Positions 40,310 through 49,900 of a DNA stretch of 64,000 nt are shown here, piece by piece. Every line of letters starts with the position of its first letter. Positions within the stretch are counted from its first letter, which is position 1. The notes beneath the pieces are model-generated. The model saw only the letters and a program-made list of their open reading frames with translations. It had not been told where the DNA came from and ran no database searches. Position numbers and translations under genes: made by a program. Source of the stretch: Candidatus Poseidoniaceae archaeon (GTDB taxonomy: Archaea > Thermoplasmatota > Poseidoniia > Poseidoniales > Poseidoniaceae); NCBI GenBank assembly GCA_030747785.1, contig JASLKC010000057.1, positions 10,495-74,494 on the forward strand. The letters run 5' to 3'.

Positions 40310-41248
40310 ATGGCCACCGGACGCAGAAAGATAGCAGTAATTGGAGCAGGAAATGTTGGAGCTACATGTGCATTTGTACTCGCAGAGATGAAAATTGCAG
40401 ATGTTGTAATGCTCGACATTTTTGAAGGATTTGCAAAGGGTAAGGCCCTTGATATGAGCCAGAATGGTAATATTTTGAATTACGATGGTGGAATTACCGG
40501 AACATCGGATTATTCCGATATTGCAGACTGTGACGTCATCGTTGTCACTAGTGGATTCCCACGTAAGCCTGGAATGACTAGGGAGGATTTGATTGGCAAG
40601 AATGCTGATATTGTTAGCCAAGTCGGTGCTGGCATCAGAGACAACGCTCCTAATGCCGTCGTGATTATGGTAACCAATCCACTAGACTTGATGACTTACC
40701 ATATGCAGAAGGTCACAGGATTCCCTGCTAACCGAGTAATCGGCCAGGCTGGAATACTAGACAGCGCCCGAATGGCTCATTTCATCGCTATGGAATTGAA
40801 TTGTGCAGAAGAGGATGTTAGCCCAATGGTACTGGGAGGGCATGGCGATACTATGGTTCCACTACCACGCTACACTACTGTAGGTGGAATTCCAATTACT
40901 CAACTGATTAGCGAGGAGAAAATCGCAGCAATTAGTGCACGTACAGCAAGCGGTGGCGGAGAGATTGTCAAGCTACTTGAGAGAGGTTCAGCATTTTATG
41001 CACCGGGTTCTGCAGCTGCAATAATGGCCGAGGCTGTGTTGAATGACCGCCGAAGATTAATTCCAGCAAGTTGCCATCTAACTGGGCAGTACGGACTTGA
41101 AGATGTTTACATCGGAGTTCCTTGTATCCTAGGAGCCAATGGCGTTGAGAGGATTTTCGAGTTAGATCTGAGCGATGAGGAACTCGAGAGTTTACAAGGT
41201 TCTGCAAATTTCTACAAGAGCCAACTTTCAGAGATTCTTGGTTATTGA
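40310..41248 (+). CDS. mdh: LDH-like malate dehydrogenase
   Basis: 'IGAGNVG', 'GFPRKPGMTREDL' (MDH-specific Arg), 'VTNPLD', 'LDSAR', 'GGHGD'. Confidence 0.93.
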   Translation: MATGRRKIAVIGAGNVGATCAFVLAEMKIADVVMLDIFEGFAKGKALDMSQNGNILNYDGGITGTSDYSDIADCDVIVVTSGFPRKPGMTREDLIGKNADIVSQVGAGIRDNAPNAVVIMVTNPLDLMTYHMQKVTGFPANRVIGQAGILDSARMAHFIAMELNCAEEDVSPMVLGGHGDTMVPLPRYTTVGGIPITQLISEEKIAAISARTASGGGEIVKLLERGSAFYAPGSAAAIMAEAVLNDRRRLIPASCHLTGQYGLEDVYIGVPCILGANGVERIFELDLSDEELESLQGSANFYKSQLSEILGY

Positions 41249-41249
41249 T

Positions 41250-41936
41250 TCAAGCGAATAGGATCCAATATCCTACTCCAAACACTACTACATCGCAGAT
41301 TGCGTGAGTCACAAAAGGCACCCAGATACTTCTGTATCTAATGTATAGCCAACTGAAGGCAGAACCACCAACAAAGAGTCCAAAGCACGCTAATAGGTTT
41401 AGCCACATAGGGAATCCAAGGAAATATAGTGCAAAGAAGTGATGCATTACGAAGATGCCTGCTGAAAGGAACACGGTCTTCCACATACCCTCAATTATTG
41501 CTTCTGCCTTCTCAACGATGAACCAGCGAAACACATATTCCTCTAGGACAGAGTTTCCAAATGTCCAGAATATCGCACCTGCGATATATGTACTTGCAAC
41601 CGTCAAACCAAATGGTTCGAGTGCGGCTCTAAATTCCGTAGAATCTACATTATCAATACCGAAAAACACCCATGCAATGAGCATGATAATTGCGAATAAC
41701 CCACCAAGAATTAGAGCTTCTTTGAATCCACCATTTTGTGGCTTGGACCATGATATTGGTAAATTGTCCACCCTTAATCTCCAGATTAGTGGTAATCCCA
41801 ACATCCATAATTTTGAGGTAAACCACGATATTTGACCAAGTAAACCTTCACCTGTACCGAAGGATGCTAAAACGGAAACTGTAGGCGCAATGCCGACAAG
41901 AAATAGGCCGAGTAATGCCTTGTTTCTATCATCCAT
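41250..41936 (-). CDS. CPBP (CAAX/Abi) family intramembrane glutamic protease
   Basis: 'EEYVFRW', 'FVMHH', 'SIWVPFVTHAICD', multiple TM helices. Confidence 0.85.
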   Translation of the reverse strand: MDDRNKALLGLFLVGIAPTVSVLASFGTGEGLLGQISWFTSKLWMLGLPLIWRLRVDNLPISWSKPQNGGFKEALILGGLFAIIMLIAWVFFGIDNVDSTEFRAALEPFGLTVASTYIAGAIFWTFGNSVLEEYVFRWFIVEKAEAIIEGMWKTVFLSAGIFVMHHFFALYFLGFPMWLNLLACFGLFVGGSAFSWLYIRYRSIWVPFVTHAICDVVVFGVGYWILFA

Positions 41937-41937
41937 T

Positions 41938-42588
41938 TCAGCACTTCCTAATCGCTAAACTGTGAGTACTACCAACCGATGTAGCGTCTGAAACGGGATT
42001 TGTTTCCCGGATCAATTCCTTACCCTGCCGGCCACGTGATTTCATTCGAGCTAGAATTTCTTGTCCAATGTAGCACCCCTTGTCCTCATGCACTAGGTGA
42101 CTCAATCCGCATGCATATGGATGGTTTGCATTGGTTATTTCATAACCGGGATGAGGAATCATATTTTCAATTCTCCAATCGGTGAATTCAGATTCATTCA
42201 TTGTTATAGTTGGTTCTTTTCCATTTGGTGAAACAATCAGCCATCCGCGAAATGTGTGAACCTTCGTAACTCCTTCTTGTACATCCAAATTTTCAGTAGA
42301 TAGTAGAACTGAATTCGATTCTGAAGCATCGGAAATTTGCACATCCTGTCCGAGTATACGTGGAATTAGGTGGCTTAGCAATGCTTTTTTGTTAGGCCCA
42401 TGACCTACAAGAGCGATGAATGAATCCATATCAATCACATCGACCATATCTATGACTTTAGCAACTGAATTTGTGAAAACTGTAGTACATGAACCTTCAA
42501 TCTTATTCGTAGATAATCCATTGATAAATGCAATAGCATTCTTACCATTGACAATTAGCACATAGCCGTCTAGTGAGACGACACCCAT
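41938..42588 (-). CDS. ygfZ: Compact YgfZ/Iba57-like Fe-S maturation protein
   Basis: Signature 'DKGCYIGQEILAR' and 'FINGLSTN'. Confidence 0.78.
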   Translation of the reverse strand: MGVVSLDGYVLIVNGKNAIAFINGLSTNKIEGSCTTVFTNSVAKVIDMVDVIDMDSFIALVGHGPNKKALLSHLIPRILGQDVQISDASESNSVLLSTENLDVQEGVTKVHTFRGWLIVSPNGKEPTITMNESEFTDWRIENMIPHPGYEITNANHPYACGLSHLVHEDKGCYIGQEILARMKSRGRQGKELIRETNPVSDATSVGSTHSLAIRKC

Positions 42589-42596
42589 GGAATCCC

Positions 42597-42977
42597 TCAC
42601 GCAAATGATTCGCCGCAACCACAAGAACTCGAAGCATTCGGGTTGTTAATCTTGAATCCTCCACCCATTAGGCGATCGACATAATCGATTTCAATTCCAT
42701 CTAGTAGATGCGAAGTCGCATTTGGAATTAGGACTCTGAAACCATCTATCATTAATTCTTGACAATCCTGTTCGGTTGACTCGACTACCTGTAAATCATA
42801 CATATATCCTGAGCAACCACCTGAAAGGACGCCGACAAGAAGTGCCTGGGAGCGGTCCTCTCCAAATGCTCCATTGAGCATTTCTTTTGCCTTATCTGTG
42901 ATTGTAAGCATGGCACTAACAACTGCGGGCACATGTATTTGCACCGCGGGAGCGCTATCGCAAGTATTGCAGTCCAT
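42597..42977 (-). CDS. A-type Fe-S carrier (IscA/SufA/ErpA, HesB family)
   Basis: 'LTITDKA', 'GGCSGYMY', 'NPNASSSCGCGESF'. An N-terminal MDCNTC extension is present if the start is 42977. Confidence 0.9.
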   Translation of the reverse strand: MDCNTCDSAPAVQIHVPAVVSAMLTITDKAKEMLNGAFGEDRSQALLVGVLSGGCSGYMYDLQVVESTEQDCQELMIDGFRVLIPNATSHLLDGIEIDYVDRLMGGGFKINNPNASSSCGCGESFA

Positions 42978-43048
42978 GTTCTATTGGGCATGCTTGCCCC
43001 ATATCAATCTGTGTGGTAAAACTCCAAAATTGGCATTGATTGTGCTAT

Positions 43049-45244
43049 TCAAGCCAGTTTTCGTTGTTGTTCCTTATGCAAGATAGTACAACGACGAATT
43101 TGCTCCTTAGCAAGTTTGACTTGTTCTTCATCAAGACCCCTTGGAATAGACTGTTCAAAGCATTTTATCGCATCACCAAAACGCTGCATTTCCGCATAGG
43201 CTGTACCCATATTGTACAGTGTTTTTCCCTGTACACCTGAAGGGTTGATTACCATGGCCTTGTGGTATGACTCTACACATTTGGGATAATCTGCAAGATA
43301 GTATAGGGCATTTCCCCTACCATTCAGAATTCGTATGACCATTTGGTCATCACCTGCAAATGAAGGCAATGCACGGTCGAAACATGAAAGCGCTTCTCGG
43401 TATTTCTTATCCTCGATAAGACCAACGCCCTTGTTGTACCATTCAATATCCTGATTTGCGATAGATCTTGAATCTGAATCCTTTCCAATACTCTCAGTTG
43501 TGTCGCGTGAAGTTGCTTCAAGTGCAGCAGCAGCAAGATCCACTTCGGGACGTGCTTCTTGGACCAATGGTTCAGGTTCTGCACGCTCAGTCAATACTGG
43601 TAGCGGAACTTCAGCTTCAGGTTCAACTTCTAATCCATATCCTAGGTTTGATACAGGTTCTGGAGCATAGGGTTGTTCTGGAGCAGGTTCCGGTTCTTCC
43701 CCATCCATCATCATAGATAGCGGGTCATATTCTGGCTCCAGATTACGTAGGGCGTTTGCCTTTTCATGGCATCTTTGGGCAGTTGAATAATCTCCCGCAG
43801 CCTCAAGAGCACGTGCTAAGCCTGTCCAAGAATCGGGGTTTGACTTGTCTTCCTGGATTAGTGCCTTCCAACTCATCACTGCTTCAGTGTGCTTACCAGC
43901 AGCCGAAAGAGCTCGCCCCATCAATGCCGTATTTCCATCGAGCAATGATACGGCTTCTTCAGCTAGTGCTGGCCCTTCGGGAATTGTCGGTGGAAGACCT
44001 GCGGTATTTTCGAGAACACGTGCTTCACCTTCAGCCAATTCAACTAGTAATATCGCAAATTCATTACGAAGTACCGGATCATTGGCTGCAAGAATACGTC
44101 TAGCGGAGAGTAAGCGTTCAATATCACCAGAGGCTTCTGCGATTTCAGCTAATCTTTCTGCTGCCTTCAAATAAGTTGCATCTCTTTCTAACGCACCCGC
44201 AAAACACTTTGTTGCAGCCTCATTATTGCCTTTTCTTTGGTGGATTGCACCTAGATTGAACCAACTCTTAGCATGATTATCGTTGAGTCCAAGGGCATGA
44301 GTATATGCTCCGATTGCATGGTCATCAAGTGACATGCTAGCCATTGCTCCAGCAGAGATATTCCATGAATCAAAGTGTTCTGCCGCCTCTGAATGTAGAT
44401 GGGGCTTCAATAGTGTTAGAGCTCCTTTAGCGTCACCTGCAGCGAGTAATTCTTTCGCCTCCGCACAAAGTGCATCGAGATCTACAGCCTCAGGAACAAG
44501 CTCCACTTCAGGTATTACTTCTGGCGCAGTAGTGAGTTCTGGAGTTTGCACTTCAGGTACAGAATCTACCCCCTCAGAGAGTAAATCATCACCAATCGGT
44601 TCAGATGCGCGTTGAATTTCCTGTGACTGCCAATTTGAATCAGTATGTGGCAATAACTGCGGAGTTGTAGGAATAGTAGCGCCGGATGCCTTTGCTTTTT
44701 CGAGTATTGCAATCAATGAGGGATGGCCTGGGAAATGTGAGAGTGCTTTAGATGCGATTTCCGCAGCACCAGAACCATCTTCGATTCTATCTAGTAATAC
44801 TGCAAGATTTGCTAGGGCAGGGCCATGTTCTGGATCGAGGTCCAAGCAAATAACGAAAGATTGTTTTGCACCTTTCGAATCTTGCTCTGCCTCAAGTAGG
44901 ACTCCTCGATTGAACCAGGCCATTGCATTAGATGGATCAAGCGCAATCGCACGGCTGAATGATGATAGAGCACCTTTGTGGTCAGAATTCCGATGAGCCG
45001 CTTCCCCAGCATTTACCAATTCATTAACCTCATCTTCGAGGGTTTGGGCTTCAGAAATTTCCGAGGTATCATTCTCTTCAACAATCACAATTTCCGTTTC
45101 CGCTGACTCTTCATTATCATGTTCCGAATTGCCGCTGGCAACCGTACGAACAACCCCAGCCATAGAGGACATCATCGCATCAGTAATCTCTGCAGCAGTG
45201 TCGATTGCAGACTCGACAATACCTTTCTCTTCGCCCTCGGACAT
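43049..45244 (-). CDS. Tetratricopeptide repeat protein with acidic/Pro-rich linkers
   Basis: TPR motifs 'AWFNRGVLL', 'SWFNLGAIH', 'WYNKGVGL', 'LYNMGTAY' in three clusters. Confidence 0.88.
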   Translation of the reverse strand: MSEGEEKGIVESAIDTAAEITDAMMSSMAGVVRTVASGNSEHDNEESAETEIVIVEENDTSEISEAQTLEDEVNELVNAGEAAHRNSDHKGALSSFSRAIALDPSNAMAWFNRGVLLEAEQDSKGAKQSFVICLDLDPEHGPALANLAVLLDRIEDGSGAAEIASKALSHFPGHPSLIAILEKAKASGATIPTTPQLLPHTDSNWQSQEIQRASEPIGDDLLSEGVDSVPEVQTPELTTAPEVIPEVELVPEAVDLDALCAEAKELLAAGDAKGALTLLKPHLHSEAAEHFDSWNISAGAMASMSLDDHAIGAYTHALGLNDNHAKSWFNLGAIHQRKGNNEAATKCFAGALERDATYLKAAERLAEIAEASGDIERLLSARRILAANDPVLRNEFAILLVELAEGEARVLENTAGLPPTIPEGPALAEEAVSLLDGNTALMGRALSAAGKHTEAVMSWKALIQEDKSNPDSWTGLARALEAAGDYSTAQRCHEKANALRNLEPEYDPLSMMMDGEEPEPAPEQPYAPEPVSNLGYGLEVEPEAEVPLPVLTERAEPEPLVQEARPEVDLAAAALEATSRDTTESIGKDSDSRSIANQDIEWYNKGVGLIEDKKYREALSCFDRALPSFAGDDQMVIRILNGRGNALYYLADYPKCVESYHKAMVINPSGVQGKTLYNMGTAYAEMQRFGDAIKCFEQSIPRGLDEEQVKLAKEQIRRCTILHKEQQRKLA

Positions 45245-45339
45245 CGGGTCACCGAATCTGCTGGCTTTACCATATGCGATAAGCATTCCCTGTTTGTGGT
45301 CCGCTGAATTGATACGACCCTAAGGGGTCGATAACGCCG

Positions 45340-45990
45340 ATGAGGCCAACTTTCACCAGTGAATACGGTGGTTCTTTCACCCTCATAGAGCCGGGCTCAC
45401 TTGAGTTATCCAATCGTGAATTAACAGTCACTGAGCCCTATTTCATCGGGCAACGGCCAGTGACGCAAGTCGAATGGGTTGCCATAATGGAGGACAATCC
45501 TTCGAAGTTCCAGGATGGTTGGGCCGCAGGTTTGCGCCCGGTCGAGCGAGTTAGTTGGCTTGACTGCCAGAATTTCATAAATGTGCTAAATGACAAGGAA
45601 ACTTTAGAGCGGTTAGGACTGGTTGGACGTTGGCGTTTACCTACAGCTGACGAATGGGAATATGCATGCCGTGCTGGAAGTGTTTCTAGATGGTTCAATT
45701 CAAATGCTGATAGCGACTTAGATGAAGTGGGATGGCATGCTGGCAATTCCGGAGCAACAACACGAGAAGTAGGGCAAAAAAAAGCCAATGATTGGGGCCT
45801 TTATGATACCCATGGAAATGTTGCCGAATGGTGTAGTGACGTCGCCGGAAAGGAAGGTCTCAAACGCGTTCACAAGGGAGGTTCATGGTTGATGGAATCA
45901 GAGTCAACTACTGCAACAGCAAGTGGAGTCTCATCCGTAGACAAGAAATCAGATGGGATTGGATTGCGCTTAGTTTGGGCGCCATTGTGA
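45340..45990 (+). CDS. Formylglycine-generating enzyme (SUMF1)-like domain protein
   Basis: 'PVTQ', 'PVERVSW', 'RLPTADEWEYACRAG', 'NDWGLYDTHGNVAEW', 'GGSW', 'GLRLV'. Confidence 0.88.
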   Translation: MRPTFTSEYGGSFTLIEPGSLELSNRELTVTEPYFIGQRPVTQVEWVAIMEDNPSKFQDGWAAGLRPVERVSWLDCQNFINVLNDKETLERLGLVGRWRLPTADEWEYACRAGSVSRWFNSNADSDLDEVGWHAGNSGATTREVGQKKANDWGLYDTHGNVAEWCSDVAGKEGLKRVHKGGSWLMESESTTATASGVSSVDKKSDGIGLRLVWAPL

Positions 45991-46016
45991 TGTACTTCCC
46001 GCCCTTGGATAATGTC

Positions 46017-46355
46017 ATGCGACTTTATCACAACCCGCGTTGTTCAAAATCCAGACAAGCAGTAGCACTCCTAGATATGCGTGAAATAGAATACGAGGAT
46101 TATCGTTATCTTGTAGAGGGTCTGTCAAAATCCGACATTATAGGATTGATCGATAGATATGATGGACAGCCAGCAGAGTTGGTAAGAACAGGTGAGGATG
46201 AATACAAAGCGTCACCTATTAATCTTGAATCAGTGGATGATATTGTCGCATTATTGATGACTTCACCGAGGTGCCTCCAAAGGCCAATATTAGATGATGG
46301 AGAACGGGCCGTTATTGGGCGACCAACAGAAGAGATTCTCACTCTTCTTCCTTAA
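46017..46355 (+). CDS. ArsC/Spx family thioredoxin-fold protein (arsenate reductase-like)
   Basis: 'LYHNPRCSKSR', 'LQRPI', 'IGRP'. Confidence 0.85.
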   Translation: MRLYHNPRCSKSRQAVALLDMREIEYEDYRYLVEGLSKSDIIGLIDRYDGQPAELVRTGEDEYKASPINLESVDDIVALLMTSPRCLQRPILDDGERAVIGRPTEEILTLLP

Positions 46356-46740
46356 CCTGCAATAGTGTTGCACAATTCAGGTCTCTAAAGACTTGAATGA
46401 ACGCGTAAACGCGGTCACCAACAGGTGCAATATCTTCATGGTATAATGAATCCATAATTGTGCATATTTCGAAAAAATTTCGCTTTCCGTCCATCAATTC
46501 CCATAGCATCGATTGCATAGGATGCATAGTACGGCGAACAACATTTGGCGCCCGGAGAATCTTTGCTAGAAGTGCTTCAAACCGCTTGAATCGTTTCTCA
46601 ATAATGAATACTATATTTCTTCCAGTTATTCCTTCGATTTCAGGATGAATTCCCGGTTCACCCACGAATTCAAATTCAACCGGTTGACGGGCAGGAATTT
46701 TATCTACCCACGGATGATTAACGAGGTGCGACATCTCCAT
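46339..46740 (-). CDS. PqqD/RRE-like small protein
   Basis: C-terminal 'LWELMDGKRNFFEI...LY...RVYAFI' resembles the PqqD helical pattern. Start at ATG 46740 or GTG 46749. Confidence 0.55.
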   Translation of the reverse strand: MEMSHLVNHPWVDKIPARQPVEFEFVGEPGIHPEIEGITGRNIVFIIEKRFKRFEALLAKILRAPNVVRRTMHPMQSMLWELMDGKRNFFEICTIMDSLYHEDIAPVGDRVYAFIQVFRDLNCATLLQVKEEE

Positions 46741-46741
46741 A

Positions 46742-46912
46742 TCATTCACCCCAATTAAGCATCAAGAACGCAAGCATGCTAATCACACCACTAAATGCAG
46801 AGATTCTTTTCAGATTATCCTTATCACTAAAATTATGAAGCCACCAAGTTGCAACACCGAAAACAGAAACACAGGTCAGCAACGCGTACCACAGTGCTGT
46901 ACGCTCGACCAT
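46742..46912 (-). CDS. Small two-TM membrane protein (56 aa, not in ORF track)
   Basis: MVERTALWYALLTCVSVFGVATWWLHNFSDKDNLKRISAFSGVISMLAFLMLNWGE. Fills the gap between two co-oriented genes with 1-2 nt spacing. Confidence 0.7.
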   Translation of the reverse strand: MVERTALWYALLTCVSVFGVATWWLHNFSDKDNLKRISAFSGVISMLAFLMLNWGE

Positions 46913-46914
46913 AT

Positions 46915-49900
46915 TCACTGCGACTCAGGCTCTTGTTGTGAAGATTGCGCCGCTTCCCAAGCCGCGTATTCAGCGGCTTGGCGATTGTATTCCTCAAGTT
47001 GCCTTTGGTATTCAGCCATCGCTGGGTCAACAGTTTCTACAATTGGTTGTGTAGTTGCAGGGGGTCCTGCAAATGCAGTTGCGGGAGGACCCTGTGAAGG
47101 CGCTTCTTGGGTTAGCTGAATTTCACCATCTTCGTCATCATCTTCATCTGAGGAACCACGCATTCGCAGTAGTAGGAATACGACTATTATGCCTAGAATA
47201 CCGCCACCGATTACCATCATGTGCATAGAGGAAAGAACTCCTTCGGCTTCATTCGGAACATCCCAGGATATTTTTGTGGAAAGGGAATCTGAAATTTCTG
47301 CATCGGTACTCGTAACTTCGATTACCAACTCACCTTCAAATTCTCCGGATTCGCGAATAATTTCACACTGCATATTGTAACGTTGTGGGGTGAGATGTCC
47401 AGCATCTAATTCGACCCGTAATTCATTGAGATGTATTGCATTACCATCGCACAGAATCCCCCAGCCTTCAGGTAGAGTTGCATTGACATACATGATTTCT
47501 GCTTGAGTTGAAGTAGATGAGAGGTTAACCCAAATCAGGTGTTTAGCACCATCCTTTACTGGAACTTCAGGGTCGACTAACTCAGGGATTTCGACATTTC
47601 GTCTTTCACCAACCATTACCATGTCAGTAAGCGTCTTTAGTATAGGACGTCCAAGTTCGTCCGAGCCACCTTCGAGTTCCAATCGCACTGAGATACGTGT
47701 GTTAAGTTCAACATTTGGCATAATCATCACCTCTCCCATCAGTTCGACTGATTCAGTAGGGCCTAGATTGAGAAGAATCCAACTTCCCGCTTCAGCACTA
47801 CCACCATTACTTGTGGATAGGAAACCAATAACACCGGTTGAAGGCGGACTAGTTTCAATTACTATTTTCGCACGAATAGCCCCATCTGCTGCATTGCCGA
47901 TATTCCATGCGGTTGCATTCATGAAATGTGTAGTATCAGTGCGCACCACGATTTCTATGCCAAACCCATCTAGTTCAGGTCGTCGCACCGTATTGGTCAG
48001 TGATTCAACTATGACACTATTGTCTTCAGGAATTGTATCTACGCCACCCTCTGGGCTAACAGAGAAAGTAATCTCATGTAATTCTCCTGCAGCCTCTAAG
48101 GGGGGAAGCAATAGCCAGACATCGATGATTTTGATATTGTCAAGATCATATGAAACCGATAATGGAATCCCAGCTGTCACATTATCTCCGTCTGCCAATG
48201 CCCACCATTCCCAAGTATCGGGGCTATATGGTAAATCTAGTATTGCAGTTGCAGGGCCATTTCCATTATTTGTGACTTTGAATTGGAAATGATTTGCAGT
48301 CCCGGGGGAAAGTCTCTGTGGCGCCAATTCCGATTCTATTAGGAGGTCGTGTAGGGTGTCTACAGTAATGTGTTGCCAATCAGGTCCACTAATGGTAGTA
48401 CCACTTCTCAGTGATAGTACACTTGGAGTAATAATCGGACCGGGATCTCCTGCTTGAGCATGAGATGGTGCAGTAATTCGAACCGTGAAACTAGAAGTTT
48501 TACCAGGATTTATTGCAAGGTCAGGAATATTGAGTAATTCCGCGCTCCATCCTCCTATTGAAGTAGCAGATATCGAAGGACGGAATACATCCATTCGACT
48601 GGCGTTATTCCAAATAGTGAAACTAACATCAACGATATCTCCCGCTTCGATAATATGGTCTACATCCCTCAAACTCTCGCTGATATCTACCGATGCATTG
48701 CTAATAATTGCTGCAGCGATTTCAATAACTTCAGTATCGAATTTCATACTGCCGTTAGTGCTTGTAGCAGTAAGATAAACACTGGCTGTAGAGTCGGCTT
48801 CAACACCTGCTGGAATGGTACCTGTTAGCCAGATTTCTACTGGAGAATCGGTCCTCACTAGAATATTATTCGATTGATTCCAGGCCAAATTCATAGACCA
48901 GCCACTTGGCATTGTTTTGTCGGCAACTGAAAGTGTGAATACATCGGTAGCTTCTCCAATATTTGCAATCACTACTGGGAATTCACAGGTATTTCCAGGT
49001 GTGCACCGAGCAGTAATTTCTGGGACGATAACATCTGGAATTCTATCTGCTAGAATTTTGACAATAGTTTCTATTCCATCTTCAATATCAGGATAGGCAT
49101 TCGATGAGATATTGACGGTAACGGGATGGTTGCCCATAGAGGCATTTTCATCAACTAGTACCCGTAGGTCAAAATCATAATTCTGGCCCGGCATTAGTAA
49201 AAGTCCTGATGATCCAATACTTGCACCATTTGGATTTGCGAAGTAGTATTGCCAGCCCGAAGGAACTCCGGTTACTGTCGGTGTATAACGTGCTGAAATA
49301 TTACCGGTATTCGTTACACTCATACTGGTTGTAGACCATTCTCCAGGTAGTCCACCAAGAGTTTGCATTCCACTAAGCGATACATCGTATTCTGTTTTTC
49401 GTGCTGCTTGGTCATATATGATTACAATATCATCAATCCAGTAGCCAATATCCTCACCAGAAGCATCTGATTGGAATTGGAAGCGGAATTGTGTTTGTGA
49501 GTGTAGATGTTCATTTGCAATTGGCACTAAGGGGCTGCGATGCCCATTATATTCCGATGAGAATGTTTGCCAGTTCTGGCCGTCTTGGAAATTATTGTCT
49601 ACTACTCCTTGAATGGTGTAGAGTTCATCCCAGTTGCCTTGAGAATCTTTCACATGCCCCTTCAGGGTATCTCCAGCTCCGGCGCCTCCTGAATAGAAGA
49701 ATGAGATCCCAACAGCCCTATTGTGACTTGTTAGACCATCTGACATGTCCATTACTGGAAGGACAAGTTGAGTATTCAAATTCGAAGAATAGGTGGAATA
49801 CTGTCCATTTCCGACGTGGCACGATCTTGCCTGACTAATTGCGGTATCAGTACTACTCACCCACTGTGTACCAACAGTCCAAGTGGATAAGTCAACACAA

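Noticed and set aside
41250..41936. CPBP/Abi protease as phage defence or bacteriocin immunity
   Set aside because: There is no defence or bacteriocin context, and the family is widespread in housekeeping settings.
45340..45990. FGE-fold gene as a diversity-generating retroelement target or an active formylglycine enzyme
   Set aside because: I saw no reverse transcriptase or template repeat in the window. The catalytic Cys pair after GGSW is absent.
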